Assembly (NCBI RefSeq): GCF_018977255.1
Contig: NW_024705457.1
Location: 1-42,889 of the forward strand
Source of the DNA: Callorhinchus milii
Lineage: Eukaryota
Direction: 5' to 3'
Length of the DNA: 42,889 nt
Shown here one piece after another: positions 22,315 through 33,054 of the stretch. The translations under genes and the position numbers were made by a program. The notes beneath the pieces were generated by a model. The model did no database searches, was not told the DNA's origin, and saw only the letters and a program-made list of their open reading frames with translations. Each line of letters opens with the position of its first letter. Positions within the stretch are counted from its first letter, which is position 1.

Positions 22315-25300
22315 CTCGAGAATAATGATCAATTACCGTTGAATCTGAATGGGCTTCCCACAAGCGCTGTACGCAAACCCGTTACGCGTTGTTGTGGAAA
22401 TGTATTTAACGTTTTGAACAAATGTCGCTGGATAATATTGGTCTGAAAAGCTGAGAGGCCGATAGACTCATCTTTTAAAAATTGTATTTGCAGAGATATG
22501 GATGGAGGTCCGTTTTATACAGTTTCACGGGTTTGTAGTGAACAGTGGCGGAGCTATCGAGTGTGTAGGCGGTGCCATTGCACGGGGGTCTACGGGCCAT
22601 AGGAGGACCCAAGTGCCGGGCTGCGAGAGAGATTGGACCCGGGTTCATTCCTGTACCAGGGCCCTTGGATGCTGTGAGGTCAATGAGTTGGAATCAGCAT
22701 GAACTCGATTTCTCGAAGTAGACAAAATGACACACGGGTGTATTGTTTACAATAATCCGAGTGGCTGAAATTGTCTTGCAGGTAGTTTCAGTAGGAGGGC
22801 GAGTCGCTGATTGGGTGGGTGGGTGGGTAGGCTTTATGTAGGTAGGTAAGCAGGTCGTAAATGGAAGGCTGAGTGAGGGTCGGCAGGCAGGATAGTGGAT
22901 GTGTGGGTACGTCTTTGGTAGGTTTGTAGGTAGTTTGGTGCTTATGTAGATTTGTAGCTGGGCTTGAAAGCAAATACACCAAATTATATTACATTAGACC
23001 TAATAATGTCGACTTTAATACCATCTCTGCAGAATTTTAACGATTATAACGAATATAATAATTAACTGCTGAATTATTAGATTTTGTAGTTCAACCAATA
23101 TTGCAATATTTCCTGTGGTTTCTTCCCATTATATATTTTTTAAACATCTTAATTGCCCATACCCCGCCCGATGAGAATGGTACCGACCTGCTGTTCCTCT
23201 CCGCCATCCTTGTTGTATGGGCGGACTGTACCAAGTGAGCACTCCTCCACGTGAATGGCCTTCTGGCAAACCGACTGATGCTTCTTCTTCTTCTTGCACT
23301 TGCAGATGAGCAGGGCCGCCACCAGCGCTGGAGGGACACACGGCCAACACTCATCGGTCAGCGCCGGCCACAGTCCAGCCCCGCGACTGGTCAGTCGGAT
23401 TGGGTCCATCATTCATCTCCAAGCACACGGGTGTGTCGGAGAGTGGACGCACATTTACTCGAGTTGTAAATGTTGTGGGTTCACTCTCCAACACACCGGC
23501 GTGCTGAACTAGTAACGAATTGTCACGTTTTGTTGACGTGACAAACATTACTAATTGGCTGTGTCGGGTGGTGGCGGGTTTAACGGCACATTTGTATTGA
23601 CGCGATCTAACCCATAAACAAATCCCTCTTATGGATAATTGCAGCAGCCTGTACATTTTTTTTTGAAACTCCATCCGAAAAGCAGATGGAGAGGAAGAAT
23701 GATCGCCAATCGCACGGTCCGTTCCACCAGGGGTGGCCTCACCGAGCGGCACGAGCAGCAGCGAGCAAATGATGGCCGCGAGAGCGCCGGCGCTGAGTCC
23801 GTACTCCGTGTACGGGTGGCACATGCGCTCGCTGCCACAGTCGCACACGGTCACGTGCAGGTGGTGCGTCTCGCCCAGGCCCTTGTGGTCCGACACGTGC
23901 ACCGACACCTTGTACACGTCCGTGGGCGCGTGGCCGTGCAGCAGCGTCAGCGCCGCCGTGTGGTCTAGCGGACGGGTGGCAGGAGAGCGCGCGAGGAGGA
24001 GATGTGAGCGGCGGAGAGACGGGAGGGGGTATAGAGGGGAGATGAGGGGAGACGGGGGGAGGGAGATGGAGGGAGACATGTAGAGATGGAGAGAGAAGGG
24101 AGAGAAGGGGGAGACGGGAGATGGTGGAGTAGCTGCACATGTCGAACTGGCCACAGCACCGATGGAACACGAGGAAGCACGGGGAGCGAAGAGCAATGCG
24201 GAGCATGGTGGGAGACGGAAGAGATGGAGAGAGGAGGGAGAGATGGGGCAGATGGTGCGGATCGTGGGGGGAGCACACACAGTTCAAGAGTGAGAGCAGG
24301 AAGCATGGGGAGCGATGGTGTTAACTTATATTCCAGCATCGGCTAATTAGCCTACATTTCCATGTATGTTGCATCAATTGCAAATAATCGATCATTACAC
24401 CCCATGCACGTATTGTGAGCGTAGGAATCAATTGAAACACACAAGGGTGACGTAGTGGAGGGCAACAGTCGCTGGCAATCGCCGACAGTCGTTGCAGCAC
24501 CATTTCCTCTTGTAAAAGAAGAAGTCGTTTCCCCGAACGTAGACAAATGCCGATAAACTTGCTACCTTAGTGGACAAAGCGGAGGTTGCCAACTTCCAAT
24601 CCCCACATCTACGGCGTGGCCCCCGCCAGTGCCGGATTATCCTCGTAGCAAAAGTAGCTACATATGTAGTAGCTACTACATGTGTAGCTACTAGATATGT
24701 AGTAGCTACTACATGTGTAGCTACTATATATGTAGTAGCTACGTATGTAGTAGCTACGGGCTCCGCACTTTCAAGGGCCCCGTGCTAAATGCTTCGAGCT
24801 ATCAATTCTGGTTCAACAATTCTGCACTTGCTCTATTACTATAGTACTATACTGCCTTAAACTTTTATGAACGACTGGGTATTTAAGTTAGCGATTTGTC
24901 GTATTATCTGGCTGTATAGCAAATGAAAAAATACAATTACTTTACTATACAAGTAGAAAATTATTGTTTTCATATTTACGTGTTTTTTATTTTATTTAGG
25001 GACCCTTTATAGCATCTGCAACAGGCCTCGCACTAGCTCCATCCGGCACTGCTCAGACCCGTGGGGGGGGGTATGGGGAGGGGGTGGGCTGGGGTGCCTT
25101 TGCTTGCTCAGCAATGCCAGGAACCCCAGCCAGCACCCACCTAGGAACACCACTCAAACATCTAATTGTTGCTACTCTTTGGTCTTTCGTTAAAGTCACG
25201 TTGATAGAAAAAATTTTTTATTAAAAATGTGTTGTTTATCGTCTCGCACGCGCTCGCTCGGTCGCCCGCTCAACCGTGCGCTCATTCACATCTCTCTCTG

Positions 25301-28300
25301 TCTGTGTGTGTGGCTGCACACGCGCTAATTGATTTATCGAGGCCGCTCCCTCCACCCACTGAGTGAACTCGATGGCTCAGGGCGATTTTGTGTGAGCCGG
25401 GGGGTGGGGGTGGCAGGGCGTGAGGAAAACGTTCGGCCGGACCAGGGGCCGGCAAGCGACAATAGCAAGGGAGAGCCGCTTTCTTCGAATTCGGTGTTAA
25501 TTGAACTCGGAATGTCCAAGGGCCGGATGCACATGAACGATGTCGTGACGGAGCGGCCGAGGGGGAGGCCCCGGTGGAAGAGGGGAGGGGTGGGGGCGGA
25601 GGGGGGAGCCCCCGGTGGGAGAGGAGGAGGGGTGGGGGCGAGGGGAGCCCCCAGTGGGAGGGGGGAGGGGTGACCGCACTAAAATGCGTTTAACGCGGTG
25701 TATCGCCACAACTAGAGCGAGCTGACGCTGCTCTCACAGCATCCTCCGTCGGGGTGAGCCCGCACTGCGGCGTGGGCGCGCGCGCCACAAGGGGCCGCCG
25801 TCACGAAACGTATCTTCGCAAGGCCCTGGATGCTAAGGGGGGGGGGCGATTTTTTGTTTAAATTCTACGTGCGTCTAAACTGTTGTGACGCCCTCCCCCT
25901 CTCCTCCCCCTCTCCTCCCCCAACCGCACCCCCCTTTTCAACGCCAGCGGCAGCCGCGGGACATCGCTTTGAAGCCCGCTGACTCCGTTCGCTCGCCGAT
26001 TTTCTCGTTACCTTGCTAATAGTTTTCCGAGCGATCCTAATTAGCGTGGGAGCTGTTGGGGAAGGTGGGGGTAGGGGGGACGGTGGGGGGGTGGGGGGTG
26101 TCTCGGCTTTGATGTCCAAACAGCGCCGCCGTCTTTCGAGTTGGCTGAGAACGACGTCGACTTCTCTCGCGACTCAAAGCGGTCGGGTGGGGGAGCGGCG
26201 GTGCCGGGGAGGAGGTGGTGGTGGGTAGGGGGGGGGTTGGTGGGGGGTGGGTGGTGGGGAGGTGGCTCGGCGTGGGTGCGGTGATGAATGGAGCGCGGTG
26301 TCAATGGTTGACGCTCGGTTGATGTCACCGCCTCTGCCGCGGTGACGGCACCGTGAGCCGTGGTGAGACGGCGATGCGGGCTCTGGCACTGCTGTGAGTG
26401 GCGGCTGCGTCTGGGGGGGGGGGGTTCTCCTGCCCACCACCTGCACTACCACCTGCACCAACACCACCACCTCCACCAACACCTGCACCACCACCAACAC
26501 CTGCACCACCACCTCCACCAACACCTCTACCACCACCTGCACCACCACCTCCACCACCACCTCCTACACCTCCACCTGCACCACCACCTCTACCACCACC
26601 TCCACCACCACCTGCACCAACACCTGCACCAAAACCACCACCTGCACTACCACCTGCACCACCACCTCCACCAACACCTGCACCACCACCTCCACCACCA
26701 CCTCCTACACCTCCACCACCACCTGCACCACCACCACCACCTCCACCACCATCTCCTACACCTCCACCACCACCTGCACCATAACCTCCACCACCTCCAC
26801 CACCACCCTCCGAATTTTTTCACTTTGGGTTCAGATTCTTTTCGCTGACGTGCAATTTCCACACGATGTAAGGGAGCCACTTCTGTTGGAGCTATCATTT
26901 TGTGGCCGTGTCGCTTCTGGAAAAATAATTTTAATAGCTCAGTGGGCTTTACCTGATACAATAAATATATATCAAGTTGAGTTTCATTTCTATATTTTTG
27001 TTAAGTGATTTGTTTAATTTTCCTATACGTTGCACTCCAATCGTGTGGTTTGTACTGCTTGTTGTTGTGAACGTTCTTACCCGCCCTTACTGGACATGTT
27101 TAAAAAAACAACTTCATAGCTCATCGGATTCCTCCAGTATAAATATTCAGACTTTCAATTCCGCTACAATGTGTGCCCCCACCCTCCACCTCCCCTAACT
27201 CAGCTGAGCGAGCGAGAGAGCGAGTGCGAGGCGGAGGGACCCGCACCGGCACCCGCGCCGTCCTGCGACTTCGCCGGCGAGCCGGAGCCCGGAGCGCCTG
27301 CGGCTCACTCCTTCGTGGACCACTACGCCACCGAGGCGCCCTACTACGGCTCGTGGCGGAGGCAGCGGCCCAACGCGCGGGCGTGCTGCGGCGAGCGCGG
27401 CGAGGCCGAGGGGGCGAACCACGCGGTGAGGCAGTATCCCTCCGCCGAGGCCTCGCCGGTCTGGGTCCGGGCTTCACCATGTCGGGATTCTCGTCCTTCG
27501 TGTGAGGGCGCAGCGACTCTGCTGGACAGCTGTGGCGGAGGTGGGGGGGGGCCAAGGGAAAGAGCTTCATAGCTCATCGGATTCCTCCGGTGTGAATGAA
27601 TATTCTGGACTCGCGCGGAGAGATGACTGCACAACAAGTGGGGAGAGGTGTTGCTGCGGGGTTTTGTTTGGTGCGACGTCCTTGGAAGAGAGAAGGTGCA
27701 CTTCAGGCGGGAACCTCATTGACAAACAAAAAACATTGTCCTCATCGCACGGAACACGACGGAGCGACGATGGAACTGAAGGGAAACAAAGGCAACGCTG
27801 CAATAATGGAAAGGGGGGAATTCAACCTGACGACGCGGGGGGTGGAGTGGGGGGTCCTCGCTTGAGTCGGCGGCCCTCCGCGCAGCGGTGGCCTCGACAG
27901 ACGTCGCCAAGTCCCCGGTGCACGGCCACCGCTGTTCTCCAACGCGACCGCTAACACCGCGCGTGAACAGCGGAGCTTCGAGGTGACAATAGAAATAAAC
28001 GTGTTTTGACGCAGCAACGCTCCACTGTCCCGTCAACGCTGGCTGTCACACAGAGTCGGGGGAGGAGCGGGGCGGGGTGCTGTTGCAGACACTGGCAATG
28101 GTGTCTGGGGAGAGGCCTGCCTCTAAGACGTCCCGAGAAATCGTTGCTCCTGCCCTCGTCATTGCCCGCGATGGTGACAGAACAAACAGGAATCTTGCCA
28201 TGGTGTGGTGACGGTGGAGGAGGAGGAGGCTGGGGAGCCTCCTGCTATGATTCTGAACTGAATGGCAACGGGATTAGCTGCAGTGCACCACTCTCCCGGA

Positions 28301-31300
28301 AAACTTGAAAAACCAAAACGTCTTCATCTGCCGACGCCTTCTTTGAACGTGACCACACGAGTTGCTTATTTATTTGCGTTCTTGGTGCTGGTTGGTGGTG
28401 GGGGGGAGGCATTGTGTTGTGTACGTCTGACAAGATCAAGATGACGGCATGGCATTATTGCGTTTTGGCTCCAGCGCGCCACGGGGTGGAGGGATGCCAC
28501 GGCGGGGGAGAGGGGTGGCACGGGTCGCTTGGATAGCTCAACGCGAGATGGCACAGAGAGTTTACCGCGAGATGGCACAGAGAGTTTACCGCGAGATGGC
28601 ACAGAGAGTTTACCGCGAGATGGCACAGAGAGTTTACCGCGAGATGGCACAGAGAGTTTACCGCGAGATGGCACAACAACAAGTCTGGAGAGGAAGGATC
28701 TCCATGCTCCCGACAGCGATCACAGAACTGCGCAAAACTTAAAAAATATTACATATATATTGTCGGTTTTTATTTTAATAGCACACGTGTGAATATGTTT
28801 GACTCGTGGAGGGGGCGGGCGGGGAGGCACCTGGAGACGATCACGCGGTGGAATTTTGGTGACATCCGCGCGTGGTTGGCCGTGATCAAGGCAGTTCGCG
28901 CTCGGTGGCGAGAGGCTTTCGCGTCACAACGAGGCCTTCGCTTCGCGGATCAAAACAGCTCGAGCAAGCGACGGAGAAGGGCCTTTCATCAGCCTCCCTC
29001 CCTCTCCCTTCCAGACGACACTGACGCTTCTTCTTTTCCCTCTCGCGCGCCCGGCTCACATCCTCCGCCCGTTTGAAATTATGCAAAATTGGCGCCGTGC
29101 GTGATGGAGGAAGGGGCGGCTTCTCATAGAGCCAAGTTTAGTCACAGGGTTTTTGCCCGTTGTGAAAACGCCTGGCGTTTGTCACTGCGCGGATCTCCTC
29201 CTGCCTGCGCTCGGCACGCTTCGGTTCTCATGGGGAAGCGGCAGGCGGTGGTTGCCGGTGGCATCGCCGATTTGTCGGTTGCCATCGAGCTCGTAATCCC
29301 CAACGCATCGAATCGCACGCGTCTAACAACTATTATTTCCGAATCGTGTAAGTTATAATGGGTTCACGTGGCCGCCGCCTCCAGCCATTAGAGGCTGCTA
29401 CATTATTAAAAAAAAATATTCTTGAATCTACTCTGTGACCTGAATCACAAATATTTGTTGAATCGGGGGGGGGGGGGCAGGTGGTGCGGTTAATCGATAC
29501 ACTTGTGGGGAACGGCTGGCAACGTCATTAATCACAGCAGCGTCAACAGCACAAGTCGAGATTTTTGTTTAAAAAAAATCAGTTTTAACAAGTAGCTGAC
29601 TTGAGATGTCATTGAGTTTATCAGCAGCAGTCGCCATGATCTATCCACCGCTGGGTGAAGGCCTCCCAAAGCCACCGCCGCCGCCATCTCTCACAACGGA
29701 CGTAGACAAATCCACCGTCTTGGTATCGTCGAGTTTAACGAGAATAACATGATTTTTTTTCACGGTCGCCATCGGACGTTCGGTGCGTAGGCGCGCACAC
29801 GTTACTCCTTGTCACCTTTCGACGTGAACCATCACCTGGCATGGCATCGATTTCCTGCTCACCTCAAACAACAACAAAATCCGACCAATAGGAGCCAGAG
29901 ACGGGTAGCTGTGCCATGTGGTTGAAGCCATGTAATTCCGCCAATAACGTTTATATCGTGTGTCGTGTTCACTTTATATCACCATTACCGTACTCTAGAG
30001 GTGAATAAGTGTTGACTGGATGTTAGTGTTTTTACGGTCACTAGTTCTGCAGATCATCACATGAATGTCCCTAGGCTAGAAGCGTCGTTTTTCTTTTTTT
30101 ATGAATATTATTATTGTCATTCAGCCAGTGTAGGGCTTAAACGGTTATGGTTTTGTTTCCGTTAAGTATGCCGTTAAACCTCCCCGAACAATCCGCAATT
30201 TTCACCGGTGAAGCAATCTCCGCACGGTACTCAACGTCAAAAACGAGAAGTATGGGTGCCTACGTGATGATGACATTGCCAGCGTATGTCACGAGTGTGT
30301 GCGCGCCAGTGTGTACGATAGTGTGCTAGTGTATGAACACCTGTCGGTATGCGTGTGTGCCAATGTGTATGCAAACATCTCAGTGTGCCAGTGTGTGTTT
30401 GAGCCCCGGTGATTATGTCCATTTGTGTAGTGTGTGCCAGTGTGTCCCAGTGTGTGGTGTACCTTTGTGTTGCACACGAACAGACAACCACACTGACAGA
30501 ATACACCACCCCCAACACAAAGATGAACATCTGTGGAGTGACGCAGCTGAGGCTGACAATTCGGATGCATTCTCTAGCCTCCATTCCCAGGTATGGGCTA
30601 AAGTGGCACCTCGGAACAGAGTCGTCTTCTTAGGTGACCTCAACTTCCGAGTGGGTCATGGCACGAGCACTTGTGCAGGGATAATTGGAAGACATGGGGC
30701 CCGGTCAGCGAAACAAAAAACTGGATCAGGTTGCTAGATATTTACGGAGCCCAAGGGCTTGTAATTACCAATACACTGTTATGTCATCGACACAACCACA
30801 AATATATTTGATCCAAGGAAGAGCATCTGCTGGGCTGTGTAATGCTCGATCAGAGAAGGCGAGTCTGTGTTCCTGACGCCAGCACCTGCTGTGGCGCCAA
30901 TCTGACCACCAGCAGTGTCATCCATAATATATGCATGCCATTATTCCTCTATGGGGGTGGGCATAGACCTAGGACCGCATCCAAATCCACGATAGCTTGG
31001 TCTCAACTAGCTATTGAAAGTTGCAAGTGAGAATGTTAACATTGCTTCCAACTAGGGTTGCATCCCCCCCCCCATCTCCTGCCAAGGAGAAATTGGCGAT
31101 GTTTAGGACCGTGATTTATACAGGTGGCTCATTCGGGATGCATTGGGTTCCCTAGTCCAGACTTCCCAGAAACACTCGCTGGCGGAGGAGGTGTTTCAGC
31201 TGACCGGGCTTTTATTCGGTTGGATCGAGAGATCTAAACAGGCGCAACATGGGCCAGAGAGATGTGTGCGCTTGCCGTTGACTAGTACCATCGATTTCGA

Positions 31301-32390
31301 GATCGGCCTCTGTGGAGTAGGCTTGTTAAAGACTTCCTGACAGTTAAAGGTAAAACACAGCATGGTGACATTAGTGGGAACCACGCGCTCTGCATCTGCC
31401 AGTCATCTTGGTCTATTTATCCCTAACGCATGGGTGTGCACCACGATTTCCTGCCAGCAGCGAGCCTTCAAACACTTCACGTGGGCTCAAAGTGCACCTA
31501 GCCTGGCACAAGGGCCATGGTGACATCGGAACCACTTAGTGGCGGCTGGCGATTGTTGGTGTGTCTATGCGTGGCTCTGCTCCCAGCGTGTGTGTGTGTG
31601 TGTGCGCCAGTTTTTGTAGCGTGTGCGTGTGTGCTTGTTGCTGCCATTGGCCACACTTTCAACCTGTACACGATATGAAGCCCCATTTTTCGCCCAAGCA
31701 AAATCTGACAATTCCATCATCAAATCGCCAGGTGAGGAACATCGATCGCAGTACTGTCCACGTTTCGTTGTTGTTCAAAATTGTGTTGACTGACATTCAG
31801 TGCTGTTCATGAGTTTCGAACATGATCTGATGATTTGAGAAAAAAAGCAATAATCGATGATATATTCAAATATAACAATTTAGCTTAGGCCCTCAACTGG
31901 AGTTGTGACCACCGCGCCACCACAACTTCATTCGCTGCACTCCGTTTCGTGTCACCCATTCGCAATATATCCCCGCGTGGAAATATGTATCATCGCTGTT
32001 GATAGCACCGCAAAAATAGACGTAGCAGCTCGTTCCGTTATTTATTCATGTACAGTATCCGATTATTTATTTACACGATTTGTTACACTTATTTATTTCA
32101 CGGGCACTTAAATGTTTTGAAAGGGTGCGGGTGTGTGGTGGGGGGTGGGGGTTGTTGATATATCGCGGATCGACGCGTTCGATTTCGGTTCGCGCGATTG
32201 GGGACGAACCCGAGTGTCGCCCCACTTTTCCGTCACGGGCAAAAGATGCGGTGCTCTGTTTTGCCCGCAGTGCGTGCGCGTGCGTGCGTGCGTGCGCGTG
32301 TGCGCGCGTGGTTTTTTGTTGTCTCTCTCTCTATGTCTGCTCACGTAGGACGAAGACGGCTAGCAGACCAATATGCAACGGCGAGGCCAT
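21718..32390 (-). CDS. Truncated-ectodomain cadherin-family type I membrane protein (mini-cadherin), predicted 4 coding exons, about 330 aa
   Basis: Exons 32390-32345 (signal peptide, phase 1), 23964-23743 (half EC5 + TM, phase 1-1), 23327-23188 (TM end + juxtamembrane, phase 1-0) and about 22314-21718 (tail, acceptor uncertain). Joined N-terminus: MASPLHIGLLAVFVLHHTAALTLLHGHAPTDVYKVSVHVSDHKGLGETHHLHVTVCDCGSERMCHPYTEYGLSAGALAAIICSLLLVPLALVAALLICKCKKKKKHQSVCQKAIHVEECSLGTVRPYNKDGGEEQQ. Confidence 0.6.
23188..23327 (-). CDS. Cadherin exon: TM end, basic stop-transfer and juxtamembrane (p120-binding-like) domain
   Basis: tccctccag|CG LVAALLICKCKKKKK...TVRPYNKDGGEEQQ|gtcggt. It resembles YDEEGGGEEDQ and ends at the same phase-0 position as in classical cadherins. 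Confidence 0.85.
23483..23590. mobile_element. Partial copy of the 2900-3057 MITE
   Basis: ctctccaacacaccgg...gtgacaaac.ttacta.ttgg...gtcgggtggtggc shared with 2950-3057. Confidence 0.7.
23743..23964 (-). CDS. Cadherin exon: C-terminal half of the membrane-proximal EC5 repeat plus the start of the TM helix
   Basis: Long polypyrimidine tract (23970-24260), then ctag|AC. YKVSVHVSD..G......L.VTVCDC....C.....GLSAGALAAII matches the classical-cadherin EC5/TM pattern. Donor G|GTGAGG; 222 nt. Confidence 0.9.
24627..25051. mobile_element. hAT-like non-autonomous DNA transposon, copy 2, with an expanded internal GTAGCTAC minisatellite
   Basis: Perfect 11-bp TIR CAGTGCCGGAT/ATCCGGCACTG; repeated GTAGCTAC units at about 24654-24757. 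Confidence 0.78.
26433..26810. repeat. (CAC/ACC)n low-complexity trinucleotide repeat
   Basis: Imperfect CACCAC/CTCCAC/CTGCAC repeats; produce spurious poly-H, poly-T and poly-P ORFs. Confidence 0.9.
27204..27425 (+). other. Orphan coding-like exon (222 nt, phase 0-0) of unknown gene
   Basis: Pyrimidine-rich acceptor cctcccctaactcag|, GC3-rich open frame LSERESECEAEG...HSFVDHYATEAPYYGSWRRQRPNARACCGERGEAEGANHA, donor GCG|GTGAGG. Confidence 0.5.
28542..28675. repeat. 24-bp tandem repeat, about 5.6 perfect copies
   Basis: Unit CGCGAGATGGCACAGAGAGTTTAC at 28542, 28566, 28590, 28614 and 28638, with a partial unit at 28662. Confidence 0.95.
30490..30900 (+). mobile_element. Degenerate LINE (RTE-type) APE endonuclease fragment
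   Basis: SDAFSSLHSQVWAKVAPRNRVVFLGDLNFRVGHG...IIGRHG matches the GDFNA.VG...IG..G endonuclease motif; disrupted downstream. Confidence 0.7.
32345..32390 (-). CDS. Signal-peptide exon of the cadherin-like gene
   Basis: GGC-ATG-G strong Kozak context; MASPLHIGLLAVFVL + C|GTGAGC donor; lies in a CpG-rich region. Confidence 0.6.
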
Positions 32391-33054
32391 GCCCTCGGCC
32401 TGGCTCTCGCGGTGTACAAAGCGGCTGCCCCGATCCTCTACCCCCCGGTCCCGCACTCCACTCTCACCCCCGTGCAACAAATCCCGTCCTCTCGTCGGCC
32501 GCACCGAGGACCAATCCCGAACAACAACTCCAGACCTCGCGCGCACCTTCTTCTTCACCCCTCCCTCCCTCCTCCTCCTTGACCTCCGTGCTGACCCAGT
32601 GCCAGAGGTCACTCTCCATCGGCTCGCGGCCGAAACCGCCCAATTAAAAGTTTCCAGAGCAGTATCGGTCCCCAACGGTCCAGTTAAAACAACAGCACGG
32701 CGTTTCGTGGCGGGGAAAAGGATCATATCCGCAACAGGATCCGCAGACTCCAACTTCCCGGTGCACGTGGAACGTTGGCCCAATGTTTAAGCCAACGTTA
32801 GTCAAACGGTTTCAAGACATGGCCTGGATGACCACCAAAATAGTCTGCGGAACTGTTGCATATATACACACACGTATCTTTTTTTCTCACAAAATATGAC
32901 GGTGGCTCGCGAAAAATCGTCCAGGGTCGACAGTCAAATTTACAGGTCAACGAAGGGATGGGAGCCACACCGCACACTGCACCCGAGTGCGCCACAAGGA
33001 TGACCGGCGTCTCGACCTGCAGAGTTCACGTACTTATAACACGAGTTGTCATGG

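Noticed and set aside
21826..22446. Plus-strand ORFs over the cadherin last exon
   Set aside because: These are antisense shadows of a GC3-rich exon; codon bias and the poly(A) signal favour the minus strand.
26360..27008. Poly-His / Thr-rich (mucin-like) / poly-Pro ORFs
   Set aside because: All three frames come from a (CAC)n simple repeat, with no splice or Kozak support.
28542..28675. CRISPR-like array of direct repeats
   Set aside because: The units are contiguous with no unique spacers, the genome is eukaryotic and there are no cas genes; it is a tandem minisatellite.
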